DNA of 64,000 nucleotides from Eubacteriales bacterium (lineage in GTDB: Bacteria > Bacillota > Clostridia > Oscillospirales > QAKW01). The stretch is taken from the NCBI GenBank assembly GCA_045593905.1, contig JAZNXL010000069.1, forward strand, positions 13,355-77,354, in the 5' to 3' direction. Below the pieces are notes generated by a model that saw only the letters and a list, made by a program, of their open reading frames with translations, made no database searches and was not told the origin of the DNA. Below are positions 8,496 through 17,999 of the stretch, one piece after another; within the stretch, counting starts at the first letter, position 1, and every line of letters begins with the position of its first letter. The translations under genes were made by a program, and so were the position numbers.

Positions 8496-10184
8496 TTACA
8501 TTTTTTCGGGCGCGTCGATGTTCATAAGTGTGAGCGCATTTTTAATAACTGTTTTTGAAGCTACAACAAGCGCAAGTCTGCCGTTTGCAACGTCTTCGGC
8601 CTCGCCCTTGATTCTGCAGGCGTCATAAAACTTATGGAACGCCGATGCAACGTCGATTACGTACTTTGTAATACGCGACGGCTCAAAGTTATCAGCCGCA
8701 AACAATACTTCGCTGGGGAAAGACGAAAGCGCGCGGATAAGCTCTTTTTCTGCCTCGGTATTAAAGCCATAGCCGTTACAGCTTTTAAGCGCGGTCGCAT
8801 CAACCTCGAGGTTACGAAGTATTGAGCAAATTCTTGCGTGCGCGTACTGAACATAGTACATGGGGTTTTCGCTGTCTTGCTTAACTGCGAGCGATAGGTC
8901 AAAGTCCATAACCGACTCGCAGCGGTTCATATTAAAGAAAAATCTTGCCGCATCTGTAGGAATTTCGTCTAAAAGGTCTGAAAGCGTAATGCTTTTGCCT
9001 GTACGCTTTGACATTCTTACAACCTCGCCGTCACGCATAAGGCGAACAAGCTGCATAAGTACAACCTGCAGGCGTTCAGGCTCAATGCCGAGCGCTTTCA
9101 TACCCGCTTTGTAGCGGATGGTGTGGCCGTGATGGTCGGCGCCGAGTACGTTTATGCAACGCTCAAACTTACGCTCTTCGAACTTGTTGCGGTGGTAAGC
9201 AAGGTCAACTGCGTAGTAGGTATAAAAGCCGTTAGCTTTAACCATAACCTCGTCTTTTTCACAGCCGTAGTCGGTTGCCTTAAACCATTTTGCGCCCTCG
9301 TTTTCGTAGATTGCGCCTGCTTTTTCTAAAAGCTCGATTGTTTCTTTTACATACCCGCTCTTGTGCAGTGTTGACTCTCTGAACCATTTATCGTAAACGA
9401 TTTTATACTTGTTAAGGTCGCTTTGCATACGCGCAATATTCTTTTCAAGGCCAAACTCAACAAGTTTTTGAGTAAGCTCGTCTTTTGAGAGCGACATTAC
9501 AGCTTGTCCGTTTTGCTCGTAAAACTCTTTTGCGAGTATTTTAATATCGTCACCGTGATAGCCGTCGTCGGGGAACTCGTAACTGTCTTCACCGTTTACA
9601 AGCTGATAAAGTCTTGCATAAAGCGACTGACCAAAGAGCGATACCTGATTGCCCGCGTCGTTTACATAAAACTCTTTTTTAACGTTTGCGCCTGCCCACG
9701 AAAGCACAGCCGAAAGGCAGTCGCCAATAATACCGCCGCGCGCGTTACCCATATGCATAGGTCCTGTCGGGTTTGCCGATACGAACTCAACAAGCACCGT
9801 CTGACCGCCAAGACTGTCGGTTTTACCAAAGTCAGACGAAAGAGTCAAGATGTTATCAACAAGCTCACTATAGTATTTTTGCGACATTTTAAAGTTGATA
9901 AAGCCGGGGCCTGCAACCTCTACCGTCTCAATATACTCACCGCAGTCGATGTGCGATGCAATCTGCTGACCGATTATTGCAGGTGCCACCTTTAAAACGC
10001 GAACGTTTTTAAGGGCGAAGTTTGCCGAAAACTCACCGTTTTGACTATCCTTTGGTACCTCAACGTCAAAGTCCAAAAGTTCGGCAGCATTAAGTGCGCC
10101 GTCTTTAACGCAAGCGTTATAGGAATCTAAAACCTTTGTTTTTATAAGTGTTTTATAAAACTCAGAAGGGTTTTTTGCAATCAT
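8496..10184 (-). CDS. argS: Arginine--tRNA ligase
   Basis: Class I aaRS: HIGH-type PMHMGNARGG and KMSKS-type RMSKRTG, 562 aa. Confidence 0.95.
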   Translation of the reverse strand: MIAKNPSEFYKTLIKTKVLDSYNACVKDGALNAAELLDFDVEVPKDSQNGEFSANFALKNVRVLKVAPAIIGQQIASHIDCGEYIETVEVAGPGFINFKMSQKYYSELVDNILTLSSDFGKTDSLGGQTVLVEFVSANPTGPMHMGNARGGIIGDCLSAVLSWAGANVKKEFYVNDAGNQVSLFGQSLYARLYQLVNGEDSYEFPDDGYHGDDIKILAKEFYEQNGQAVMSLSKDELTQKLVEFGLEKNIARMQSDLNKYKIVYDKWFRESTLHKSGYVKETIELLEKAGAIYENEGAKWFKATDYGCEKDEVMVKANGFYTYYAVDLAYHRNKFEERKFERCINVLGADHHGHTIRYKAGMKALGIEPERLQVVLMQLVRLMRDGEVVRMSKRTGKSITLSDLLDEIPTDAARFFFNMNRCESVMDFDLSLAVKQDSENPMYYVQYAHARICSILRNLEVDATALKSCNGYGFNTEAEKELIRALSSFPSEVLFAADNFEPSRITKYVIDVASAFHKFYDACRIKGEAEDVANGRLALVVASKTVIKNALTLMNIDAPEKM

Positions 10185-10185
10185 T

Positions 10186-10578
10186 TTATTTCTCCTCTAT
10201 TTTAATGGTTATATCGTTATTTGTAGTTACAGTTTCGTTAAAGGTAAGCGCATACTTTATAAACAGGCGGCGGCTTGACTCAAACTCGTTTAAAAGCTTG
10301 TTTGTAAACACGCTGACCGCCATGCGCCCCGCAGGTGTTGCGAAGCTAGACACCATCTCGCAGTTTTGTTTAAAGGTTAAAACCGACTGCGAACGCGGTT
10401 TGGATATTTTAACGGTATCGTCTTTTATTATTATAATGTTAGGCTCGGTGTCGGTATAGGTTATGTAATACCCGCCGTTTTTTTGGTTAAGTGTGCCGCA
10501 AAATTCGCTGTCGAACTTTTCTACACTGTCCGAGCGCGTTACCGTATGAATTTTTACAACAACATCAGTAGTTTTCAA
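10186..10578 (-). CDS. DUF1934-family small beta-barrel protein
   Basis: 130 aa. It occupies the conserved Firmicutes position immediately upstream of argS. Sequence pattern resembles DUF1934 from memory. Confidence 0.65.
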   Translation of the reverse strand: MKTTDVVVKIHTVTRSDSVEKFDSEFCGTLNQKNGGYYITYTDTEPNIIIIKDDTVKISKPRSQSVLTFKQNCEMVSSFATPAGRMAVSVFTNKLLNEFESSRRLFIKYALTFNETVTTNNDITIKIEEK

Positions 10579-11374
10579 TGTTTACCTTTTTAACCTCGCC
10601 GTTTAGTGTTTTGCCCAAAAACAGACCCGCGTAGTTTTCAAAGCTCTCGGTAGAGTCACTTACAAAAAAGCGGTGGCTGCCGCCGTCGGTATTGAGCATA
10701 TTTTCGCGCTCAAGCAGGCTCTTTATTGTTTTTGCCGCCTCTTTGCCCGAGCTTATGAGCGTTACCTTTTCGCCCAAAAACTCGCCTATTGCACCTGCAA
10801 TTAACGGGTAGTGGGTGCAGCCGAGTATTACGGTATCGGCGCCAAAATCTTTTACCGCCGAAAGATAAAGCTTTACAGCGCCGCGTGTAAGCTCGTCGTT
10901 TTTGCTTGTGTGTCCGTTTTCAACAAGCGGCACAAAAAGCGGACAGGCAATGCTTAACGTTTCAATAGTTTGGTCAATGCTTTTTATAGCATCGCCATAA
11001 GCGTTTGATTTTATTGTAGCCGCCGTGCCGAGTATTGCAATTTTTTTGTTTTTGGTAGCGTAAGTGGCGGCGTTTACCGCGCTTTCAATAACGCCAACCA
11101 CACTGAACGGGTAGTTGTTTTTAAGGGCGGGCAGTGCGACCGCCGAAACGGTACCGCACGCAACAAGCGCAATTTTAACGTTATGCGTTGCCAAAAAGTT
11201 AAGGTCTTGCGCCGCGTAGTCGGTTATTGTTTTAAAACTGCGTGTGCCGTAGGGTACGCGCGAGGTATCGCCAAAATAAACAATATCCTCGTTTGGCAAA
11301 AGCCCAAGCAGTTCTTTTACTGCAGTAAGCCCACCAAGACCGCTGTCAAAAACACCTATAGCGTTTTTATTCAT
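10565..11374 (-). CDS. murI: Glutamate racemase
   Basis: GVFDSGLGGLT; catalytic Cys contexts VACGT and LGCTHYP. Confidence 0.93.
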   Translation of the reverse strand: MNKNAIGVFDSGLGGLTAVKELLGLLPNEDIVYFGDTSRVPYGTRSFKTITDYAAQDLNFLATHNVKIALVACGTVSAVALPALKNNYPFSVVGVIESAVNAATYATKNKKIAILGTAATIKSNAYGDAIKSIDQTIETLSIACPLFVPLVENGHTSKNDELTRGAVKLYLSAVKDFGADTVILGCTHYPLIAGAIGEFLGEKVTLISSGKEAAKTIKSLLERENMLNTDGGSHRFFVSDSTESFENYAGLFLGKTLNGEVKKVNIENY

Positions 11375-12429
11375 ATTCTATCCTCCGCCATGGCAAGTTC
11401 AATAAGCCTGTCGGCAAGGGTATAGCCCTCAAGACCGCCGTACGCCATCATTTTGGGGTACATACTAATATCGGTAAAACCTGGGATAGTGTTAAGCTCG
11501 TTAAGTATAATCTGCTCGTCGTCGGTTACAAAAAAGTCAACGCGCGACATACCCTGACACTCCATTGCGCGATAAACCTGTTTTGCGGCTTGTACCACAC
11601 GCTTTTGACAGTCCTCGCTTATTTTTGCAGGGATAAACAAAAGCGACTCGGGGTTATTGTATTTTGCGTCAAAGCTGTAAAAATCGTCAGCCGATGCAAT
11701 CTGACCGCAAACAGGACAGTAAAGCTCGCTGTTGCCAAGCACTGCCGCCTCAACCTCATAGCCTACAACGCACTCCTCAACCAAAATTTTAAAGTCGTGC
11801 TTTGCCGCCTCTAAAAGTCCGCTAACGAGCGACTCTCTATTACTGCACTTTGTAACGCCAACACTTGAGCCGGCACTTGACGGCTTTACAAACACAGGGT
11901 AGTCAAAGCGTTTTTCAACAAGCTCAACTGCGGGCGCGGTGTCTTTTAAAATATCGTAATTATAGAAAAACTCAAAGTCGGCGGTTTTAATGCCTGCACG
12001 CTCGCAAATTATTTTGGTAATAACCTTATCCATACTGCAAGCGCCGCTTGTCATTGTGGTGGTAACCTGCGGTATGCCTGCAAGCTTAAGCAGGGCCGCG
12101 ATTGCGCCGTCCTCACCATTTTTGCCGTGAAGAATAGGAAACGCCACGTCAACATAAATGCTCTTACCGTTTTCAAGCAGTATGCCGTGGGTTTTTGTAT
12201 CGGGCGAGATTATGGCAGGGATACTTCCCTCTTGCCAGTCGTCGTTTGCAATAGCTTTTGTGTCGGCATCAGTTAAAAACCACTCGCCGTTTTGGGTTAT
12301 TGCAACCTTTACAACGTTGTATTTTTGTGTATCTAAAATATTTATAACATTGGCTGCCGATTTGCACGAAATTTTATGTTCACTTGATGCGCCGCCAAAA
12401 AGCACAGCGACTGTAAGTTTTTTCGACAT
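11371..12429 (-). CDS. ddl: D-alanine--D-alanine ligase
   Basis: VLFGGASSEHKIS, HGKNGEDG and NTIPGFT motifs. Start at ATG 12429 after GGAG; the track start at 12453 adds 8 aa. Confidence 0.93.
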   Translation of the reverse strand: MSKKLTVAVLFGGASSEHKISCKSAANVINILDTQKYNVVKVAITQNGEWFLTDADTKAIANDDWQEGSIPAIISPDTKTHGILLENGKSIYVDVAFPILHGKNGEDGAIAALLKLAGIPQVTTTMTSGACSMDKVITKIICERAGIKTADFEFFYNYDILKDTAPAVELVEKRFDYPVFVKPSSAGSSVGVTKCSNRESLVSGLLEAAKHDFKILVEECVVGYEVEAAVLGNSELYCPVCGQIASADDFYSFDAKYNNPESLLFIPAKISEDCQKRVVQAAKQVYRAMECQGMSRVDFFVTDDEQIILNELNTIPGFTDISMYPKMMAYGGLEGYTLADRLIELAMAEDRI

Positions 12430-12473
12430 ACTACCACTCCTAATTATAATCATTATATTACATTATAATATCA

Positions 12474-13664
12474 TTATTTATTTGATATGTAAAGACCAAT
12501 TTTATTATTAAGGCGGATAAATATAAACAGCGACGGCACAAGCATTAAAAGATTTATGCCATCAGCTATGCCCCACAAAACACCGCCCGGCAAAAGCGCG
12601 CCGAAAAACACCGCCGCTGTGTACAGGCTGTCGTAGATTTTGGGTGAAAGCCTTGTAAATTCAAGCGCGCGCACCGCGATATAGTACCAGCCTATTATTG
12701 TAGCGAACGAAAACATACTCATACACACCGCAACAATGGTATTTGAGAATGGCACCGAGTAAAACGCGGCTGATACAATCGACTTTGCATCGCTGCCGCC
12801 GCCCATAACAAACACAACACCCGAGAGCGCACACATTATAACGGTATCCCACAAAACTGTGGTCATAGCACCAAGCGCGCTCATTACAATGTTTTTGTCA
12901 CCGCTTTCGGCGGCAAGTATACCGCCGCTGCCAAGACCGCTCTCGTTTGAGTAAAGTCCGCGGGTAATACCGCTTTTTATTGCCGCACCCAAGCCGCCGC
13001 CTACCGCCGCGCCCCAGCTAAACGCCGAGCGCAGTATCGTTTTTATACCGCTCACAAAAAGCACGGGGTTTAAAAATATTTGCGCAAGGCACAATAATAT
13101 AAACGCGCCCGACATTACAGGCACAAGGTATGAGCATACCTTTGAAATACCGCTTACACCAAAAGAAACGGTAATAATAACCAAAAGCGCAAGGCAAAGC
13201 GAGGTCAGCTGTCGCGGTGCGCTCACTACATCGGCAAGCGCATACGACGGCACTGCCGCGCCCATAAAAAGACCTGCCATAATACAAAGGTACGACCAGA
13301 TTTTTGATAGCTTTTTATACCCAAAGCGGTTTAAAAGCACCATCGGTCCGCCAACGCCGTTTTGCCTGTATTTTAAAGACAGATAGCCCTCGGCGTACTT
13401 GGTCGGCATTGCAAGTATACCCGAAAGCCACATCCAGAATACTGCACCCGCGCCGCCTGTCGATATTGCAACCGCAACTCCTGTTATGTTACCGGGGCCT
13501 ATTGTTGTGCCGAGCGCCGATGCAAACGCGGCATAGGTGCCCCCGTTTTTAGAGGGGCTGAAGGTATATTTTATTCCCTTTAGCGCGTGGCGCTGAACAA
13601 ATTTTGTTTTAAAGCAAAAAAACAAATGACACGCAAGCAGTATATAAACCAAAACCATCACCAA
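12474..13664 (-). CDS. Alanine/glycine:cation symporter (AGCS) family transporter
   Basis: GPGNITGVAVAISTGGAGAVFWMW signature and a multi-TM profile. At 396 aa it is somewhat shorter than typical family members. Confidence 0.8.
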   Translation of the reverse strand: MVMVLVYILLACHLFFCFKTKFVQRHALKGIKYTFSPSKNGGTYAAFASALGTTIGPGNITGVAVAISTGGAGAVFWMWLSGILAMPTKYAEGYLSLKYRQNGVGGPMVLLNRFGYKKLSKIWSYLCIMAGLFMGAAVPSYALADVVSAPRQLTSLCLALLVIITVSFGVSGISKVCSYLVPVMSGAFILLCLAQIFLNPVLFVSGIKTILRSAFSWGAAVGGGLGAAIKSGITRGLYSNESGLGSGGILAAESGDKNIVMSALGAMTTVLWDTVIMCALSGVVFVMGGGSDAKSIVSAAFYSVPFSNTIVAVCMSMFSFATIIGWYYIAVRALEFTRLSPKIYDSLYTAAVFFGALLPGGVLWGIADGINLLMLVPSLFIFIRLNNKIGLYISNK

Positions 13665-13674
13665 TAATAATATA

Positions 13675-13703
13675 TTGACTGAAAAGGTAAATTAGCATAT
13701 AAT
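13675..13703 (+). promoter_or_regulatory. Putative sigma-A promoter of tadA, possibly giving a leaderless mRNA
   Basis: TTGACT (13675-13680), 17-nt spacer, TATAAT (13698-13703). The tadA ATG at 13711 lies 7 nt after the -10 and there is no Shine-Dalgarno sequence. Confidence 0.5.
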
Positions 13704-13710
13704 AATTGTT

Positions 13711-14187
13711 ATGAACGATGTTTATTTTATGAAAAAAGCACTCGCGCAGGCAAGGGTGGCAAAAAGTCACGACGAGGTGCCTGTCGGCGCGGTAATAGTA
13801 AAAGACGGCAAGGTTATTGCGCGCGGATATAATAAGCGCGAAAAATCGCAGTCGGCAACCGCCCACGCCGAGCATATCGCGATTGAAAAGGCGTGCAAAA
13901 AGCTAAAAAGCTGGCGGCTTTCGGGCTGCACGCTGTATGTAACGCTCGAGCCGTGTATTATGTGCGCGGGCGCTATTGTAAACTCGCGTGTTGACCGCGT
14001 TGTAATTGGCACACACGATAAAAAAGCAGGTGCTATGGGCTCGGTTACTAATGTAAACGAGTTGCCGCTTAACCACAAGCCTGTTGTTGAGTTCGGGGTG
14101 CTAAAAGACGAGTGCGCAAATATTTTAAAAGAGTTTTTTAAAGACTTGCGCCAAAAGCCCGCTTTTAACAAAAATTTAAAAGTTTGA
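13711..14187 (+). CDS. tadA: tRNA adenosine(34) deaminase
   Basis: Zinc-binding motifs HAEHIAI and LEPCIMCAGA, 158 aa. Confidence 0.93.
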   Translation: MNDVYFMKKALAQARVAKSHDEVPVGAVIVKDGKVIARGYNKREKSQSATAHAEHIAIEKACKKLKSWRLSGCTLYVTLEPCIMCAGAIVNSRVDRVVIGTHDKKAGAMGSVTNVNELPLNHKPVVEFGVLKDECANILKEFFKDLRQKPAFNKNLKV

Positions 14188-14275
14188 TAACAAAATTTAC
14201 AGTTCCGTTTGGTATACTTTATACAGGATAAGGTTAAACTTATCTTAATCCCCCTCCTATTTTAATGCAAAACAA

Positions 14276-14315
14276 GTAAAACGGCACTGCAGGTTTGTGG
14301 TGTCGTTTTACTTTT
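14276..14315 (+). terminator. Rho-independent terminator downstream of tadA
   Basis: GTAAAACGGCAC / GTGTCGTTTTAC stem (one mismatch) followed by TTTT. Confidence 0.6.
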
Positions 14316-14328
14316 ATACACTTCGTGT

Positions 14329-14419
14329 AATGAATTGCACCTTGCAATTCAATTCATTGAGCGAAAAGCGAAAATTCATGGCGACAGCCAATTCATTGAG
14401 CGCTAAGCGAAAATTCATT
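14329..14419. repeat. Mini-hairpin array upstream of the four-helix-bundle gene (AATTCATT orientation, 4-5 units)
   Basis: AATGAATTGCACCTTGC then AATTCATT-GAGCGAAAAGCGAA, AATTCAT-GGCGACAGCC, AATTCATT-GAGCGCTAAGCGAA, AATTCATT. The linker is the reverse complement of the one in the 14801-14886 array. Confidence 0.7.
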
Positions 14420-14445
14420 TTATTATAGTTTAAAGGTTTAACAAA

Positions 14446-14805
14446 ATGAAAGAAAACAAACTTATAGATTTATCAAAGCAGTTTGCTATTGACGTTATAA
14501 CCCTTTGCAACAAAACAAAAGAGGCTAAAAAAGGCAGTGTTCTCATAAACCAGTTACTGCGATGCGGTACAAGTGTTGGTGCAAATATACATGAAGCCAA
14601 CTATGCATCAAGCAAATCTGACTTTATAAACAAACTGCAAATCGCATTAAAAGAGTGCTACGAAACTGATTATTGGTTGGAAATTTTTAACGAAACAAAA
14701 ATTATTTCCGAGCAGGAATTTACATCCCTATATAACAACTGTAGCAGAATAAGAAAAATACTTATCGCATCAATAACGACTGCGAAAAATAATAATTCAC
14801 AATGA
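14446..14805 (+). CDS. Four-helix-bundle protein (23S rRNA intervening-sequence protein / Avd-like family)
   Basis: 119 aa, all-helical, with the family pattern LLRCGTSVGANIHEANYASSKSDFINKLQIALKECYETDYWLEI. Confidence 0.8.
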   Translation: MKENKLIDLSKQFAIDVITLCNKTKEAKKGSVLINQLLRCGTSVGANIHEANYASSKSDFINKLQIALKECYETDYWLEIFNETKIISEQEFTSLYNNCSRIRKILIASITTAKNNNSQ

Positions 14806-14886
14806 ATTGCACCTTGCGGTGCATGAATTGTACCTTGCGACACAATGAATTGCACCTTGCGGCGCATGAATTGTGCTTCGCACATT
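14801..14886. repeat. Mini-hairpin array downstream of the four-helix-bundle gene (AATGAATT orientation, 4 units of ~22 nt)
   Basis: AATGAATT-GCACC TTGC GGTGC / ATGAATT-GTACCTTGCGACAC / AATGAATT-GCACC TTGC GGCGC / ATGAATT-GTGC TTC GCAC-ATT. The CDS stop TGA (14803-14805) lies inside the first linker. Confidence 0.75.
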
Positions 14887-14907
14887 ATACTTTAAGGAGA
14901 ATTATAT

Positions 14908-15258
14908 ATGGCATTTATTGACGACGTAATTGACAATGTTCAAAAGGCAGGTAAAATTGTTGCCGACAAAGCAACCGACGTTAAAGACTTTACCGTGCTT
15001 GAGTATAAGGTGCTCTCGCTTAAGAGCACAATCAACGACAAGTATAAAGAGCTTGGAAAACACGTTTACACAAAAAGCCAGTCGGGCGGCGAGCCTACAG
15101 GCAAAACGGCCGAGCTTTTAAACGAGCTTTCAACCCTTAACGGCGAGCTAAACGAGCTTTTAGAACAAGTAAAAAAATATAAAAAAACCTGTTCTGCTTG
15201 CGGCGCGCACGCTTCGGGCTCGGCGGCGTTTTGTAAAAAATGCGGAACAAAGTTGTAA
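14908..15258 (+). CDS. Coiled-coil protein with C-terminal zinc ribbon
   Basis: C-terminal CSACG...CKKCG pair of CxxC motifs. The N-terminal part is helical. Confidence 0.7.
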   Translation: MAFIDDVIDNVQKAGKIVADKATDVKDFTVLEYKVLSLKSTINDKYKELGKHVYTKSQSGGEPTGKTAELLNELSTLNGELNELLEQVKKYKKTCSACGAHASGSAAFCKKCGTKL

Positions 15259-15269
15259 AAGGAAATATT

Positions 15270-16880
15270 ATGTCACAAAAAGCAAAAAAGAATTTTTTAG
15301 GCGGTGCGGCTATTCTTACAGTCGCACTCGCGCTTGTTAAGGTTATAGGGTTTATTTATAAAATCCCGCTCACATCAATTCTTGAGGGCGACGGCTTTGG
15401 CTACTATAACGACGCCTATCAGGTGTATTCGCTTTTGTTTGTAATTTCAACAGGCGGTATCCCCGTTGCTATCGCAAAAATGATAAGTGAGTCAAACGCG
15501 GTAGGCAGAATAAACGAGCCTAAAAAGATTTTGTCGATTGCGCTCAAGGCGTTTTCGGTAATAGGTATTTTTGGCACACTTGTTTTAATACTCGGCGCTA
15601 AATGGTTTGCCGAGGCGGTTGTTAAAACTCCGCAGTCGGCAATATCAATTATCGCGGTAGCACCCGCTATATTTTTTGTATCTCTCGGCGCCGCCTTTAA
15701 AGGTTATTTTCAGGGCTACAAAAATATGGCGCCAACCGCGGTGTTCCAAATTATTGAGGCACTTACAAAGCTGCTCGGCTTTGTGGTTGTGTTTGTACTT
15801 ATGGCTGTGGGCTACTCGGACAGGCCCGACGTACTCGCCTGCGGTGCTATACTCGGTGTAACGCTCGGCTCGTTTACATCAACGGTGTATATGTTTATCC
15901 GCTTTTATTTTGGCAAAGAAGAAATTGACGTAACGGTTGAAAACCCTATCGAAAACCGCTCTAACGGCGTGCTTTTTCGAGCGATGGTTAAAATTGCGGT
16001 GCCTGTTACAATAAGCGCGTCGGTTATGAGCATAACCTCGCTGCTTGATATGATTTTTGTTAAAAACTCGCTTATTGCATCGGGGCTTTCAGCCGCTAAT
16101 GCCAACTTTGTTTACGGCTCATACTCCGGCTGCTGTTACTCGCTTTTTAACCTGCCGCCTACCATTACACAAACAATCGGTATTTCGGTACTCCCCTTTA
16201 TTTCGGCGCTCTTTTCACAAGGCAAAATTAAAGAGTCACACAAAAATATGGACTCGTCAATGCGTATGGTGTCAATAATCGCGGCGCCCTGTGCTATAGG
16301 GCTTTCGTTTTTTGCAAAACCCATTTTATCGCTTGTTTATTCGGGTATTCCAAAAGAGGTAGCAGTTGCCGCGCCCGCGTTTACAATACTCGCGCTGGGT
16401 ATTTACCTTGTTGCAGTTGTTTACCCAACCAACCTGTTTTTACAGGCGTGCGGCAAAGCGTCAATACCTATGATTTCAATGTTTGTTGGCGCGGTGCTTA
16501 AAATTATTATTAATGTTGTACTCGTTTCAAACCCAAGCATAAGAATTAACGGCGCACCCTACGGCACACTCGCCTGCTACGGTTCTATACTTATAATCAA
16601 CCTTATAATGCTATATAAGCACCAAAAATACAGGCCCCAGCTTTTAAGCGTGTTTGTAAAACCGCTTACCGCCGCAGTTATTTCGGTAGGCGCTGCAAGG
16701 CTTGTTTACAACCTGCTCGGCGGCGGAAAGCTGTTAACACTTGCCGCAATCGGTGTTGCAGGCGTTATTTACTTTGTGCTTATACTACTGTTTAAAACAC
16801 TTAACACCTTTGACGTTTTACTGCTGCCAAAGGGCGAAAAAATTGCAAACCTGTTAACAAGAAAAGGACTTATAAAATGA
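15270..16880 (+). CDS. MOP-superfamily flippase (MurJ/SpoVB/YabM-like polysaccharide biosynthesis protein)
   Basis: About 14 TM helices, and it sits upstream of mazG as yabM does in Bacillus. Start at ATG 15270 after AAGGAAA. Confidence 0.8.
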   Translation: MSQKAKKNFLGGAAILTVALALVKVIGFIYKIPLTSILEGDGFGYYNDAYQVYSLLFVISTGGIPVAIAKMISESNAVGRINEPKKILSIALKAFSVIGIFGTLVLILGAKWFAEAVVKTPQSAISIIAVAPAIFFVSLGAAFKGYFQGYKNMAPTAVFQIIEALTKLLGFVVVFVLMAVGYSDRPDVLACGAILGVTLGSFTSTVYMFIRFYFGKEEIDVTVENPIENRSNGVLFRAMVKIAVPVTISASVMSITSLLDMIFVKNSLIASGLSAANANFVYGSYSGCCYSLFNLPPTITQTIGISVLPFISALFSQGKIKESHKNMDSSMRMVSIIAAPCAIGLSFFAKPILSLVYSGIPKEVAVAAPAFTILALGIYLVAVVYPTNLFLQACGKASIPMISMFVGAVLKIIINVVLVSNPSIRINGAPYGTLACYGSILIINLIMLYKHQKYRPQLLSVFVKPLTAAVISVGAARLVYNLLGGGKLLTLAAIGVAGVIYFVLILLFKTLNTFDVLLLPKGEKIANLLTRKGLIK

Positions 16881-17560
16881 GCAAAACCGAACTTTTAAAT
16901 AAATCAAGCTATAATTTTGACGACCTTATAGAAATTACCGAAATTTTGCGTGCTCCCGGTGGCTGCCCGTGGGATATGGAGCAAACCCACCAGTCTATTC
17001 GCAAAGGCCTTATTGAAGAAACCTACGAGGTTATTGAAGGCATTGACAAAAACGATATGGATATTTTAAAAGAGGAGCTTGGCGACCTTATTTTACAGGT
17101 GGTGTTCCACGCAAGCATTGCAAACTCTAATGGCAAGTTTAACATAAACGATGTTTGCGACGGCGTTTGCAAAAAGCTTATTTACAGGCACCCGCACGTC
17201 TTCTCTACCACAGTTGCAAACACCTCTGAAGAGGTGCTTAAAAACTGGGAAGCTTTAAAGCAAAAAGAAAAAGGTCAAAAGAGCAAAAAAGAGGTTATGG
17301 AGTCGGTATCGAAGGCTTTACCATCGCTTATGCGCGCGCAAAAGCTTATTAAAAAATCGGGCGAGAGCGTTGACAACACAAAAGCAACCGTTAACATTGA
17401 AAGGTACTTAAACGATTTTAAAGAGTCGGGCGACTCTTCATATATTACCAAAATTGTTTTTGAGTGTTCACGGCTCGCGAACAGCTATAATATTGACCTT
17501 GAACAGCAATTATTTGTGCAAAATGACGAATTTTGCGAACAAAGTTTAAATAAAAGATAG
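16877..17560 (+). CDS. mazG: MazG-family nucleoside triphosphate pyrophosphohydrolase
   Basis: EETYEVIEGI and ELGDLILQVVFHA motifs. Confidence 0.88.
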   Translation: MSKTELLNKSSYNFDDLIEITEILRAPGGCPWDMEQTHQSIRKGLIEETYEVIEGIDKNDMDILKEELGDLILQVVFHASIANSNGKFNINDVCDGVCKKLIYRHPHVFSTTVANTSEEVLKNWEALKQKEKGQKSKKEVMESVSKALPSLMRAQKLIKKSGESVDNTKATVNIERYLNDFKESGDSSYITKIVFECSRLANSYNIDLEQQLFVQNDEFCEQSLNKR

Positions 17561-17671
17561 ATTTTGTTAGTTTTTTTACTAAAAACTATTGCAAAATGGT
17601 TTTTTATTTGCGATAATATAATCATACAAATGTTCCTTTGTAGGAAAAACAAAAATTGGAGGAAAAATTAA

Positions 17672-17944
17672 ATGAACAAAGCAGAACTTATTGCAGCAGT
17701 TGCAGCATCAGCAGAGGTTTCACAAAAAGAAGCAGCCAAAGTTGTTGGCGCAGTTATGGACGAAATCAAAGAAGCTCTTAAAAAAGGCGACAAAGTTCAA
17801 CTCGTTGGCTTCGGTTCTTTCGAAGTTAAAAACAAACCCGAAAGAAAAGGTAAAAACCCCAGAACCGGCGAAGAAATCACAATCAAAGCTTCAAAAGCTC
17901 CTGTATTCAAAGCTGGTAAAGCATTTAAAGAATACATCGGTTAA
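17672..17944 (+). CDS. hup: HU-family DNA-binding protein
   Basis: 90 aa, MNKAELI...GFGSFEV...RKGKNPRTGEEI, typical of HU. Strong GGAGG ribosome-binding site. Confidence 0.95.
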   Translation: MNKAELIAAVAASAEVSQKEAAKVVGAVMDEIKEALKKGDKVQLVGFGSFEVKNKPERKGKNPRTGEEITIKASKAPVFKAGKAFKEYIG

Positions 17945-17956
17945 TAAAACAAAAAC

Positions 17957-17987
17957 ACTGCAGGTTTTAAAACCTGCAGTATTTTTT
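17957..17987 (+). terminator. Rho-independent terminator of hup
   Basis: ACTGCAGGTTTT / AAAACCTGCAGT perfect hairpin followed by a T-run. Confidence 0.85.
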
Positions 17988-17999
17988 ATAGGTGAATAT

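Noticed and set aside
12474-13664. AGCS transporter as a truncated pseudogene
   Set aside because: It is shorter than typical, but the frame is uninterrupted and the signature region and TM pattern are intact. There is no evidence of a frameshift.
14188-14445. Expected an SRP (4.5S/scRNA) gene downstream of tadA, as in many Firmicutes
   Set aside because: I could not find the conserved SRP domain IV helix-8 motifs. The region contains only a terminator hairpin and the mini-hairpin array.
14801-14886. CRISPR array
   Set aside because: The repeat period is only about 22 nt, with a hairpin in each unit and no unique spacers of 25-40 nt. There are no cas genes in the window.
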